A program made the translations under genes and the position numbers. A DNA stretch of 64,000 nt. Source: Raillietiella orientalis (taxonomy: Eukaryota). The notes below the pieces were generated by a model. That model was given only the letters and a program-made list of their open reading frames with translations. It had not been told where the DNA came from and made no database searches. The DNA is taken from assembly GCA_036172245.1 (NCBI GenBank), contig JAYWIR010000016.1:3410001-3474000 (forward strand), written 5' to 3'. Shown here piece by piece: positions 1 to 13,360 of the stretch (its first letter is position 1; every line of letters begins with the position of its first letter).

Positions 1-3000
1 AAGTGATGCCAAACGAAGGCGGACGGAGCATCCGAATAGCAAAGGGAGGAGACGGGAAGGAAACGTTGCCACGCGAGGGTGGAAGCCGAATGTGTACGGC
101 CGACCTCATTCGTTTACATCAAGTGGGCGGCAGCACGGGCAGCCAAATCTTCGCCTAAAACGAAGAGCACACACAACCAGAAATTGCCTTGCTACTTGCA
201 GCAGCAGCTTTCTTTTCTTCCGTGTGTTCGTGCACTACGCGACGGAGGATTCCCTTTTGAAGATAACAGACCGCGTTTGGTACTCAGGCGTTGATAAAAG
301 TTAGGGTTGATAAGATGAAACGCGCCCCCGTCTCTGGCGTAAAGGAATGAGTCGAGATCTGTGCATTTTCCGAATCATCCGAAACTGTCAACTTGAAACT
401 GTTGTGCTTGTGGTGGTGGGTTATTCCTCAAGTTCGAGATATCTATGGGAATCAGAGGCGGGAAGTGTCTTCTGCATCATTCCCGTGTTGCGTAGCTTAG
501 TGAAGGTAAACTTCCCAAGCGTTTCCGGGAGCTCCGGTTGCCCATGGTTGTGAAAGTTGGTTCCTATGCCAACCTCTTCCTGCGCGTGCTGCACGCTGTA
601 TCACTGCAGTGCGGAAGTGCACCTTCCGCAAATTCGTTGGGGGCTCGCCGCATCCATTCGTGAGAATCGCAAGCCTTGTCGGGATCTCCCCTTTTGATTT
701 GATCTGCTGGACCACATCAGCGGTTCAGATTGCTTCCTGTCGGCAAAAATACAAATACCTTTTTCGATCACCTGTAACAAATCTTCTTTAGATGCTTCCT
801 TCGCTCTTCCTAGTGGAAGGGATCTCTTCCGCTTTACCCTGTGGACATATCATTTGGTTCATCGTTCCCGTTATGTGATCTGTTTCCGCAGCTTCGTGGT
901 GCTTTCTGAGGTGCCCAGGCAGAATGTTGTCATGGACACAGACTTGCATTGTGGCAACACTTGCATCCTTTCGCAAATCGGTGAAATTAGGCATCGTTCT
1001 TCTGGTGTACAGACCGCATTTCGCTTCGGTAGGTCCTTCGAATTCCTACTAGGCAACGCAGCATGTGAGCTTTATTCCGAAAATCCTGTTTGCGTGATGA
1101 CCCCCCTTCCCCATTCGAAAGGTTTGATCTCGGAAACTTCCGTTCATCACCAAGGAAGAGGTACAAACTGAGATGGATGAGTTAGGATTGGGGAGAGGAA
1201 CATCTTCCGATTTGCAGTAGCTTTGCCGAAGTCGTTTATCACTCATCGAAGGTTGTTTCCAAGATCGAATTTAAGAAGGACTGCGGACTGCTTGCAAACC
1301 GATGCTGCCTCGCATTGGGGAAGGACACACGCAAAAAAAAAAAAAAAAAAAAAGCAAAAACAAAATGCAGATGGAATTGGTTTTCACACTCCATGAAGAT
1401 TGAAGAACACGGAAACCAAGGCGTGGAACCCAGAAGTCTTGCCTTTTGATTTCCATATGCCCCAAATGAAAGAATCGTGGAAGGAATGAAGAGGAACGGA
1501 GCGAACGAGAGAAATAGAATGCTGCAAACTTTTCTGGGGGGTGCTCTGAAGAATAATTTCGAAACCGAGCGGCATCCTTTCCATACCAACGCTTGGCGAG
1601 ATGGCAGATCTTCGTCGTTGCTCCGTGGCTGCTTCCATCGTCGCGACGCTGCGCCTATGCACAAGGAGCAGGAAATTCCGAATTGCAAATCGAAATGCTG
1701 TCCAAACGAGTGACTTCCTGGGTTCCCTTCGCGTGCGAAGACCCCACTGACCTGGCGTGCATCTCCCTGGGACACCTTCCTTCCTGATTTCTGCCTGACC
1801 TTGCAGTTTTCGGCTGATGTTTTCATTTGAATGGATCAAATGTTTCGCCTTCCAACATAGGATGAGAACGTTGTGTGTGGACTCCACTGGGTTTTCATGT
1901 GTTTTTTTTTTTTTTTTTTTTAATGATTCCGGTCCACTACATTGAATGGTGCTGATTTTGTGCGGAAGTCGTCCCGTTGTCAGCCATCACTGCCGTATAG
2001 GTGGCACTGAAGAACAGGCTGTTTTTAAGCTTTTGGAAACAAACAAAACCAGCACAGAGACATTGCAGACTAATGGAAACGGCAGCCCACTGCTCCTCTT
2101 CCATCCCAATCTTCAAACTCATGAATTCGGAAAGACCTCATCTGAAGTAAGGAAAAGGAAAACGGGATTGCCTTCTCCGTCCCTGCATTCTTGCACTCGA
2201 CGGGGATGAAAACGCATGGGAAGATGCAAAAAAAAAAAAAAAAACTGCAACTTCACATTTTCCGAGGTTTATTTTGCAGAGAGAGAGAGAGAAAGAAAGA
2301 AAAAAAATCCTGGCAACGTTTTTAGAGAAATGCGCTTCCGGGAGAAGTGTTTTTTAGTCGATTTTGGGAATAAACCCCAAACCGACCGAATTCGCATACT
2401 CTCTCACAATGCGTCACCAACTTTCACTCGCTCTTTGCGAATTCCCACCTTCCTTCTCCTCCGCACCGTTGGTACGCTCTATCGTACAGTTTCGAGCATC
2501 TTCCCCAAGGCATTTTATGCATTTAAAGGTTCGAAATTTGCATTCGCTGGATGCCAGCAGCAGCAACTGCGTGCACTGGCGCTCATACGCACCCACGCGC
2601 GCAGACGTTGGTTGGGATGCTTTTGCTTGCGACTGACCCTCTTCCCCTGTTGATGATGCTGTCGATCAGCTGATCGAGGCTTTTTGTTCGCAACTTGGCT
2701 GCTGCCTGTTCGCACGTTCGGCAAACACAGCGCAGATTCTGTCTTCTGCGTTGCCATGACATCCGTGCAAGCTGGATCCTTGTGACCACGTGTTTTCTTC
2801 GCACTCCTTGGTATTGAAGGAATCCTTGAAGGCAGACTTGAGTGTCTTTTTTAGAATGCTCATGGGGTGCGGAAACTTTACAACTGATTTTCGCAGGAAG
2901 GAATCCCCACCCTCGACGTTCTTTCACAACAGGCGTCACTATCTCGTTTATGAATTGTGAATTCAATTCTTCTGCATGTCGGTGGGATTGAAACGAAGCG

Positions 3001-3190
3001 ATAAAGTTCCCAACTCTTGGGACTTTTGTTTTCAAACGGTTTGCCAACAGAATGCTTATTCTGGCTGCTCATCTCTTTCAAAATTGCCTTTGAGCTTAGC
3101 GGAAACAGCAGCTCTAGGTCGACCTCTTAGTATTATTACCTTTCCCTCTCAATACATTGCGATTGCTATCTGTTCTGACCTAATTACGAC

Positions 3191-3192
<2 letters not shown>

Positions 3193-3229
<37 letters not shown>
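3193..3229. repeat. (TG)n microsatellite, about 18 units
   Basis: Visible perfect TG run. Confidence 0.95.
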
Positions 3230-3232
<3 letters not shown>

Positions 3233-6200
3233 ACAGGGATGCGAGGTATCTCAGCTGTTTTCATCCGCGTGCATCTGTGGCACTCAGTTCTTTCCTGGTT
3301 CGGAGATTCTCGTCGCACTGCAATGGAAATTCTACTTATTTCTACTTTTTTCCTTCACCTTTTTTTCATCTTTACTTTTTGGTTGTTGCTCATGCTCGTT
3401 TACCATGCTTCGGCTTCCAAAACCCTTAAAACTATACATAATTAATGCTGCAATTTTCATTTTATTTTTCGTTCAAACTCCAGAATTCGAGTGCCTGAAA
3501 CTTCCAGGAGATCTTCGAGAACCCATCGGAGCCTTTCCCCTCATCCTTCGAGCAACGCTGTTACAAATGCATTGGCACCTTTCCTCCTCCGCGAATTCAC
3601 AAACCCGCTGTAAGTCATTACAGTAAATTTACCAATTCATTCAATTTGCGAAAGTGCAAACCAAGTTCTCTTGGCGGCGTGCATCAGAGCGCCGTAAAGT
3701 TTGCTGGCCGTCAGTGGCTGCGAGCGCCAAGAAAGCCAAATCCCGAAAGGCAAAAACTGGAATTTACGTCCTCCATCTCAGCAGCAAATTCACCAATTTG
3801 CGGCCTCTTGAGGATGCTCACTTTGGGATGGCGACTGCACCTCTGCGGATTAGCCGAGGCTTCTGCCAGCTGAGATGCATCGTCAGGACCCAATTAAGCC
3901 AAAAAAAAAAGTTTATAGCTTTACACCTCTGTACTCCCGTTCAAACGGAAATTCGTGGTTAATTTAGGGAGTAAATATTTACCTTCACTGCCGAATTGTT
4001 TTCACGAAGTTCTCATTGACCAACGACTGCTCCAGAACTGTAGGAATGAAGAAATTCTTGTCGCAAGAATACGGACGTGGAGACCTTCATTACTTCTTCT
4101 GCTACACGGAAGGGAGGAGGGATCGTATGGAAAATCGTAAAAAAATACGTAAGGTAAGCATTTTTCAGGAAGCAGGAATTCGGGTGATGAACTTACTTTT
4201 CTTCTAAAAACCCAATACTGATAGGGACTGTTTTCTGTTGAAGATCTGTCTGTAGCAAACTGACTCCTATGTCGGAGTTTCCTTGTTGCCAGTTTTCCAT
4301 TCTATATATCTCGTCATTGGATAAGTCTTGAGCATGAGATCGTATTCATCTTGGTTTCCCACTGCGATGACATATGAGATGCTCTTAACTTCTTTAGCAA
4401 CGCTTCAAAGATGTCCTCACATTGATAAATTCGTTTTTCCGTGAGAATCAACCTGAGTATGCAGTGGTGAATTTCTGTCTACTTCTGATGGGATTGAGTT
4501 TTTGCGCTTCTTAGAAGTTTGTTTCCCATTACATAACGTGCTCCAATGAAAACAGGTGTCTCTTCTGATTTCTTTCCTAATAATCTGTATTCCTACTCTT
4601 GAAACTGGGTCGCTTTTTTTCTTCATCTCCGCATTTCGGAGTCCGATACTGGTTCCTCCTCTGCTACCCGTTTCGCTTTTCTTCTGACCGTCTGCTTTTC
4701 TGCTGTGTCTCCTTGGTTTTCTGTAGAGTGGTCCAGGAGCTGAAGCCACTCTGCGACATCCTTTCTGCTGTGCGCCACAGTTCAGCAAAGGCTCCCAGCG
4801 TTTTACGAGAATTTTACCTTGCTGCATTTTGCACAGAGTGTTTTTGAAAACATGGGACCCCCTTCATGACGGAACGCCATGCAGTTAGGTAGAGAGATCC
4901 GGCTGTTGTCCGTACGTGGTTTGCAAGAACGATGGCATCTCGTCATCACAGTGAGACTCGGGATCTTGGTCTCTTTGAGAACCCGAGTAGATCTTCTTGC
5001 ATCCTTCTGAATCGTGTTGATTAACTCCGCCAAACTCGCTGGGAGTAACCCCTCCCCCCAACTGGGAAAAGTTTGCTTGATTGCTTTCTGCGATGAAAAG
5101 GAGCAAATGCCACAGAAGGGGATGGTAGATGACAGCGTAAGACTACTACTCACTCACATCTTTTGATTCTACAGCCATTGTGGACTCCTTTCCGTGGGTG
5201 CTCATCAACTGTTACATCCTTGTCTGTGTGCACCGAGAATCAATTCACAAAGTACACCATCGCCTTTGCTTGTTCAAATTATGCATCTCTTTAATATATA
5301 TTTCACGCACCGCATCATGACAAGTTGAATTTACTTTAAAGGTGAGTTTGTTCTTTGGGAATCAGGCTTGCAATGGACTCATATGGACTGCATATGCTAG
5401 TTTCCATCCCAGTTGCTATGGGCGCGCGAGGTCCATGGCCTTGGGTGCTGTTGCACGGTATTTGACACTGCTGCTTTGGACCCTGTCATGGCTGTCTGCT
5501 CGAGCATTCACTCATCTTGGTTAATGTCTGTCCATTGCTGTTGCCAGAGATTCTACTGTCAACAGCGACGAAGTTTATCTATTCCTTCGTCGTATGTCTC
5601 TATTTTAAACCACACAACTGCATGATGTAAATAGTGCATTCTATCACCAATCCCGAGCATCACCGTTGGTATTTCTCTCATTTTTACGCTGGTTGCATGA
5701 AATTTATGTCTTCCAAACTCGAAAGAGTGAATTTCTTGAATTGTGCCCATAAAGGAAAGAATTTTGTTTAGTTTTGTAGCTGCATATGGATCTAGACTCA
5801 ATAGTTTTGGACTTCTGTTGTTTCGGTTTTTATTCGTCTCTTCTTTGTTTCTTGAAAGTCTTTTCTTGGATATGCAATAAACTGATTAGGTGTGTTCAAT
5901 TAAATTAGCATTGTTAGAAGCACGTAATCTATTGCAAAGTTCGGGTATTGATGTTATTCATAATGTTGCTATGATTATTATAATTGCGTTTTGCTGCCGT
6001 TCACGACAGTACAGAAACTCCACGGGTTGCCGTGCTTCTGTACCATTTTGAAAGGAAAGAAGATAAGTAAATAAAGCCGTTTCATCATCATCATCGCCAT
6101 GAAACCATCATTACGTATTGGCAACCTCTGAAGTGATTCACGACTGGTTCGTTCTCAAACGGTACATGACTCCTTCAAATTCCCTGGTTTGAACACTGGT

Positions 6201-7179
6201 GTTTAAAATTCCCGTCGATGCCGTTCGTTCGTTTGTGGGCGTTACTTCCGTTTTTGTTGACGTTGTTCGAGATTGAGATAGCTGTTTGAAATGTGAATTT
6301 GAGGAAGAGAGTCCCAGATTTGCGTACCAGCAAGCCTTTCCCGAATAAAGCTGTAGAGCCACTTTGCTCGTAGGCTTCTTTTGTATTCCACTCGTCCATG
6401 TTGGTGTTCCAACTTCGACTTTGCTGCACCATCAGAACGTCCTCCTTTTGCACCAGGCTTGGAAAACCCAGGAGAGATGATAACCCATTCCTACAGGATG
6501 TTCGAATGTGTGGTTACCAACGTGGTTAAGGAAGACTTCCTGATAGGAGACGATCGAAAGTACCCGGAAACCTTAGTGCCGGCGGTCACCATGACCATTC
6601 CATTTGTTGTGGAAGATTTTTATCACTTTACTCACGTTGGCTTTTGTAATTTTTTCGGCAGCAACGAATCACCTTCAACTTTGCCAGAAGAAGAAGAAAA
6701 AAAAAAAAAGGAAAAAAAAAATTCTCAGTGCAAATAAAGTGGTGGTATTGCTTTGTGCATCGCGAATTCCCGAAAGAACACTCCGGATGGTGTTTGCTAA
6801 AATGAGTTGAAATTTGAAGTTTGTTTGCAAAATTAGGCATAGCAACGGAACGCAGTGAGATGGAGATGAAATTTGGTCCCGGAGGCCGTGCTCGGGTTGA
6901 CAACGGAAGACAGACGAATTTCTCTGATGCTCGACCAAGTAATGCGAAAACTGCATGCCGTGTAGAATTCCGAAGAGAAAACGGATTGCCTTTGATTAAT
7001 CGTCTGTTGAATGAGTTTTCGATCTAAGATGCTTCTGTTTCGAAGTGATGAAGGTGGTTTGATGGGTTTCACGTATTCTGGCGGCATGTAAATTGAGGTC
7101 CCACGGATCCAGCCAGATTGAAATTCGGCCCTATGCATCCGTTTGAAATTTTTTGCATGTTCGTAACCTGTGCACAGTA

Positions 7180-7217
<38 letters not shown>
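7180..7217. repeat. Interrupted (TG)n microsatellite
   Basis: TG run with one TT interruption, upstream of DYRK. Confidence 0.9.
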
Positions 7218-7218
<1 letters not shown>

Positions 7219-8388
7219 TTTGCCCTCCCCCTGCTTGCGTTTAAAATGCAGCATTGTTTTTTCTGTGTGATTTTATCTCGGGTTTCTGTCTTCAGAAGAG
7301 CTCACCACATCTTTGTTTTGCTGTGTGCGGGGCGCGTTGATTTGCATGCGCTTTCTGTTGGGTGCATTGGGAGAGCTGTGCCACTGGGAGCATGAAAATG
7401 TGAAAAATTTTTGCAGGGAAAAAACTTTTTCTCGACCGTGGTAAAGCTCCAGATGTCATCGTGTTGAAACGTGGTTTGAGTGCGTGAATGTTGTACCGCA
7501 GTTTGAGTTGTGTAAGTTAAAGCATTCAAGTTCTCAGAAACTGTGAACAGTTGCTGAAACGTGTATTTTTTGGGGGGTTTTTCGTTTTTTTTTCCTTCAA
7601 TTTCTGGGCCGGTAAGTGCTTTCGTAATTTCATGGAGGTCACAGTGACCGAGTAGGTAATTATAAAATACACCAAGTTGGATTAGTTCACGTTGCCGCAG
7701 AGAAATTGGGTCAATTTATTCATTAAAAGTGATTGAACAGTTCTGAATAGACTCTATATGAATAAACTGTTTGGATGAAAACCAGCATGATCATAAGAAA
7801 GGTTCATTTTAATTTCGGTTAGCTTTGGACTGTTGGCATGTATGAATATTGTACTATGGGGACAGACTATAGATGTAGATTGTGTGATATAGATTTGCAT
7901 ATAGGAAGATAATATTGCATGGAGCACACTGTAAGTGTTATTAAAATATTTAGGACGAAAAGTTCAGACATTTCAATATTATCCAAGGGACTATTATAAG
8001 TGCACATGTGTGTCATACCCATAAATTTAGTCATACCCGAAATGCTTGAGTGTGTTAACAATTTTAAAATGGTTTAAATATCTCATGCTTTCGTGGGAAT
8101 GCTTAAAAGAGAATTTTATTGATGCAAGTTTTTCTTTCAGATCCATTTGTTTGTTTTAATGCATGCATATCATAAAAGATATAGTGATGAAATCAAAAAA
8201 AAAAATCAAAAATGAGTCATGTTCATTGGAGCTGAATGCCATTATGGATTTGCATTAGCAATTAATGGCCCGAAATTGGAAATTTTCCGCAACATGAAAG
8301 ATGATAGATTGAAAAGATTTGTATAAAATTATGCATGTAGCATTTGCTTCAGTCCTTTTGATTTTTTATGAGTGGTACGCCATAGAGA

Positions 8389-9318
8389 ATGCTTCTTTTG
8401 GACATAGACCTGTTTATTCATGAATCATCAATTGCTGACAGTAGTTGTTTGCGACTAATAACATATGTGGAAATAGTAAATAGGATGAAAAATTCAGCAA
8501 CTACTCAAAAAATGTCATCAGTGTCTTTAAATCAGTTACTTTTAAATGCAAATGAATCAGGATTACACAACAAAACGTGTCCTATCCTGCATAATAATTT
8601 TACCCAGATGTTGTCATGTGGCCCTGAAGATTTGAGTACTAATGATGCAAAGCCCCCTTTGTTGAAATCGAAACCTCTTGTTTCCACTCCTGAGCAAGTC
8701 ATGAAGCTTTACATGAATAAACTGACACCTTATGAACATCAAGAAATATTTAAATACCCTCAGATATATTTTATTGGAGCCAACGCTAAGAAACGAACCG
8801 GTTTCTTTGGGATTGATAGTAACTATGGTTATGATGACATGTCAGGATCATACATCTTTGTTCCCCATGATCATGTAGCATATAGATATGAACTCATCAG
8901 AGTAATTGGTAGGGGTAGTTTTGGCCAGGTGATCAAAGCCTATGATCATAAAAACCATCAACATGTGGCATTGAAAATTGTACGAAATGAAAAAAGATTT
9001 CATAGACAAGCCCAGGAAGAAATAAAAATTCTAGAGCATTTGAAGAGTCAAGATCCCAATAATAATGCTAATATTATTCATATGTATGAACATTTTTCAT
9101 TTAGAAGTCATATTTGTATTACATTTGAACTTTTGTCCATTAATCTGTATGAACTTATTAAAAAGCATCATTTTCAAGGTTTTTCATTACAACTGGTGAG
9201 GAAGTTTGCTTATAGTTTGTTGGTTTGCTTAGAAACTTTGCACAAAAGTAAAATCATTCATTGTGATATCAAGCTGGAAAATATTCTTTTGAAACAGCAT
9301 GGGAGAAGTGGTATAAAA
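8389..9318 (+). CDS. DYRK2: Class-2 DYRK kinase (DYRK2/3, mbk-2-like), coding exon 1
   Basis: Contains a NAPA-like segment [34 protein letters not shown] box [47 protein letters not shown] and [13 protein letters not shown]. Ends GIK|gtaagt (phase 0 donor at 9319). The true start may be ATG 8389, 8485 or 8512; 8512 has the aaaATGtc context shared with the PABPN1 and TRAPPC8 starts. Confidence 0.93.
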
Positions 9319-12300
9319 GTAAGTACCAGAAGTTATTTGAATTTCTGCTGATACAGATTTAGCATGCATTCACACATCATTTAAGGTCTAAATTAAGTAC
9401 TCGATTTTTTTCTTGTCGTATAATTTGCAATCACGAATTTTATTCAATTTGGCAGAATTTTCTGCCCAATCGAATTCGAAAAAAACCATGAATTTGTAAT
9501 GTGTTTTAAAACGAATCTTATTTTAGATCATCTCTCCAAGTAAACTGTTTATCATTTGCATGTAAATTGTTTGTTGATTGCATGTAATTGGTTTGCATCA
9601 TACCTAAGAAAGCACCTAAAAATGCTCGTAAAAGACAATTTTTCAGTGCATACATCTTTCATTCTTTTCATCAGAGACAGATATGGTCACATAAAGATGA
9701 ACAGTGTGTTGATTATTAGGAATTGCCATATGGGCGATTATAATTTCAAAACTGTAACATTGTAAGATTATTCATTCAACTTTTTTTCAAGTACTTTATT
9801 ATTTCAAAATTCACTGATCGATTTTTTCATGTTTTTCTTTTAAGAAATGTGGGCTGCGTCATTCAGAAAAAGTGGTTTTCAGTGATATGTGAGAATTATT
9901 CATTTTGAACCATGCGAAAGTCATATGCATATATCATTTAACTGATCTTTTAGTTCAGAACGCACTTCATATTTAGATGTAAAGAAAATCTCAGTTGAAT
10001 TATAATCAGATGTTGATGAAAAACAGATGTACTACATTATCATTTGGTGTGTTTCATGTGCATGTACGTTTTTTATGTTGACATTAAGCTTGGCATTTTT
10101 TTTTTTCTGTCTCTACTGTTTTCTGATTCTGAGGAAACTTAAATCCTGAGTACTCATCTAAAATAATATGCATTGGATTTAAAAGCTCATTGGTATACAC
10201 TATTTATTATTCTATCTTATAAAGGACTTTTCGAGAAAATGTACACATAAGTGATTTCTTCAGAGAAACTTCACATTTCATTATCACATAAATTGTCAAA
10301 ATTGTATCAGTAAATTTTTCATTACGAAGTATTTGTATCATCCTTTTTTTTTTTTCTGGAGTTAATCATTCCGTAATGTAGGATTGAAATGAAATTATAG
10401 GTGGACAAATACAAGGTAGCTCAAAATGTATGCTAAAGTGAGTTATATAAATGCATGCCCCAGAAATGTTTTGCAATAGATAGCCAGACCTAAATCGCAT
10501 ATTTACACCATAAAAAAGGAAAGCAAACATGGGGTGTGGAGCCATAAATTTCCTGTTTGTTTCTACTATGGGCAGGGCTTTGGAGCATTTACTTTTAGTT
10601 GATTAATCAGACAGCAGTTTGCTCTTATGAACTGGAGCACTTGGTTTCTTAACAAAGTCATACAGTGAACAGCATTTTGAATTCAGTTTAAAGAGGAAAA
10701 GAGAATAAAATACTTTAAGAACATGTGAAAGTAAACGAAACAATCATGCTAAATTGTGATTCCTATTTCTGCCTGCCATGTCCCTAAATGATAGGTGATT
10801 GTGTGCGTCTTAAACAAAGGTGCAAAATTTTTTAAAAGTGGAAAGTCATTCCCTTTAGATTTTTTAGAAATAACTGAAGACTGCTATTTGGTATAGAAAT
10901 GATATGTAGTTTCCAACTTGCAGGAGCATGAATTAATTGAAGTTGAAAATTCAGTCATGGATGCCATGTCATTACAGATAACAAACGCTTATGTAAGCAT
11001 CGTTATTCCCTTCATATTGTTTAAGGTGCACATTATGGCAGTGTTTACATAAATGTATGTGTATTTCCGGGAAAGTCTACGAGAGGGAATTGAATTTTGG
11101 TGAGGCATTCCGTGCGTTTCTCACAGAAAACTTCTTTTGAAACCATAATGATGTGCTTGTTACCTATAGATAAGATATCAAAGCATTTAGGCTTTAAAGG
11201 CAATCAAAAAATAATAATAGAAAAGCGTAATTTTTCTTCTTTTACAGAAGGAGGCTCAAGAAATTCAAACAAATCCAAGAAATCGGACGCAAAACGAAAA
11301 AATGCCAAAAGATTTTAGTCTAATTTAGGAATTTTAATCAAAAGTAGGAGAAGAGTCATGAGGTATGCACGAAATGTTGTTGTCGAGAAACGTGTGAAAC
11401 ATAGAAAAGAAAGGAATTGTCGGAAACTGTAAAAACGTTTGCTTGCTTATCACGGTGATCTTCTTGAAGTCAGCGGATGTGTAGCTCTATGTTGACTGCA
11501 GGCTGGGATGGCATGAAAGGGACGTTTGCGTTATAATCTTTTCGGCCTGTCGAAGTTGTGGTGACGCAAGTTCGGTGGTGAAGCATTACGGTGTTCAGCT
11601 GCCATTGGAAGGCGGCGAAGGTTTGACTGTCTGTGCCGAGATGTTCCTGTCGATTTATCGTTAATGTGAGATGTAAGGGGTGCCTTTGAGAAGTGGTAGG
11701 CATCCACCACGGCTTGATTCGTTGAGAACGGTGATATCTCGAACAAGTTAACCTTCTTCGGAGCGGTCTGTAACCGGAGATGAGGGAAGCAAAAGACAAG
11801 AGCAGGTAGTTAAGAAGAAGTCAGCAAACTAAAACCAAAAGATTATCCAGAGAACGTGAGTCTCGAGAACGGTGAATACCATACTGATACATTAGGTGCG
11901 GAGGAGGATGCTGTGAGGGTCATTATTGTTCCAGCATTCGAAGATGACTGGAAGAGGTAAAATTTCCGATGGCCACTCCCTGCTGCTTGGGGCTAAGGAA
12001 AGCGTACTGCACCACTGGCTCAGGGAAGGGGAGCGTGCGTTAGTGGATCTTGTGAACATGGATGGATACATGGCGATATGAAGAGGTGAACTTCAGAGAG
12101 GATCCTCTCTTGCGCAATAAGTCGAGAGCCTCTCGAATTTCTTGTGATGCGATGCTCACTTTCCAAAAGACGACAAGCTGTGGTCATCTTGAAGAAAGTT
12201 TTGCAGTTTGGATCGCTTCCCATGTAGAGAGAAGTTGTGCATTTTTTACGTTGCGGAGCAGCCATTGGCAGGAAGCAAGTTTGGGTGTAAAGTTGACGAA

Positions 12301-13360
12301 ACCAGATGAAGAATAAAGCTTGACGGTTGTAACGAAGGAAGGCGCGGTGCTCTCCCGACCTTGGTCATTGTGCACTGCAGCAGTGCGAAACTTTCGGAGT
12401 GAGGCGAGAGACGTCTAAATCGACCACCACGCGAAAAAGGTTGCCGCTCTTCTGGGCACGAATCCCTAGAAGAACGTGGAGGAGTCGTTCGAGCGTCGTC
12501 TCATGGCAGCGGACATCCTAGAAGATGAATCTGCATTTTAAAAATGATAAGAATTTCTGAAATAAAATTTGTCGTGTAAGTTTCAGAACCAGTCGCTGTG
12601 TCTCTCCCATGCTTGCAAGAGCTTTTCACGCGATGGAATTTTCAGCGGGCGGTTCGAACTTTTATTTTTGTAAGCGCTCTCTCCTTAAGTCTGGCAGAGT
12701 GGGAAGGGCCGCGGCGCCGCTGTCTTCCCCGATTCGTTAGACGTACGAAGAAAACAGCGGATGGCCCATTGGCATCGTAGAACGAACCGGAAAAGGCGAG
12801 GTGGTGTGTTCCCAGCCTGAGCACGTAAAAGAGCTCGGACTCTTCGTGGATCGCAGAAGACTCTTGTGCGTTGTCCAACTGGCGCGTGGGGGTGTCCCAT
12901 CAAAATCTCCACCGTGCCGAGAGCACGCCGGCCGGCCACCGCGGATTCTTTCGTAGCCTGGTATAGCCAGCACACGTCCTTCGAGGAGCCTGCAGATTCA
13001 AGTGGACATTCAAGAGGACAAGAAACAAATTTCGACATGAAACAGCTTTGGACGCTTGAGACACGGAACACGCATGGCGATACGACGAAATGCGTGGAGC
13101 CCGCTCCATCCTGTGGTAAGTGCAGCATTTGGCCACGTTCGCCACCCAGCGGAGCGCCAGACACATCGACAGACGGCATCCGATGCATGCAAACACGGCG
13201 AGTCCCAATCGGGTGGAAGCCGCCGTGTTTTGCACGCGTCCGCAGTTCGTGACCTTTACATTCGTTGTCCGTCAATTTGTGCCGTCTTCCCTAGCATCCC
13301 CATGTGTTTACGTTTCACGCCGACGAACTGGGGTCTGACCTACGGTTTTTCCCATTCCAG

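Noticed and set aside
1..4000. ORFs at the window start (1239-1826, 2583-3047 and others)
   Set aside because: They run through homopolymers or microsatellites and show no protein motifs; unsupported.
11400..13300. Possible nested gene or retroelement remnant in the DYRK intron
   Set aside because: Only short frames; no RT, integrase or transposase motif, LTR, TIR or consistent exon chain recognised.
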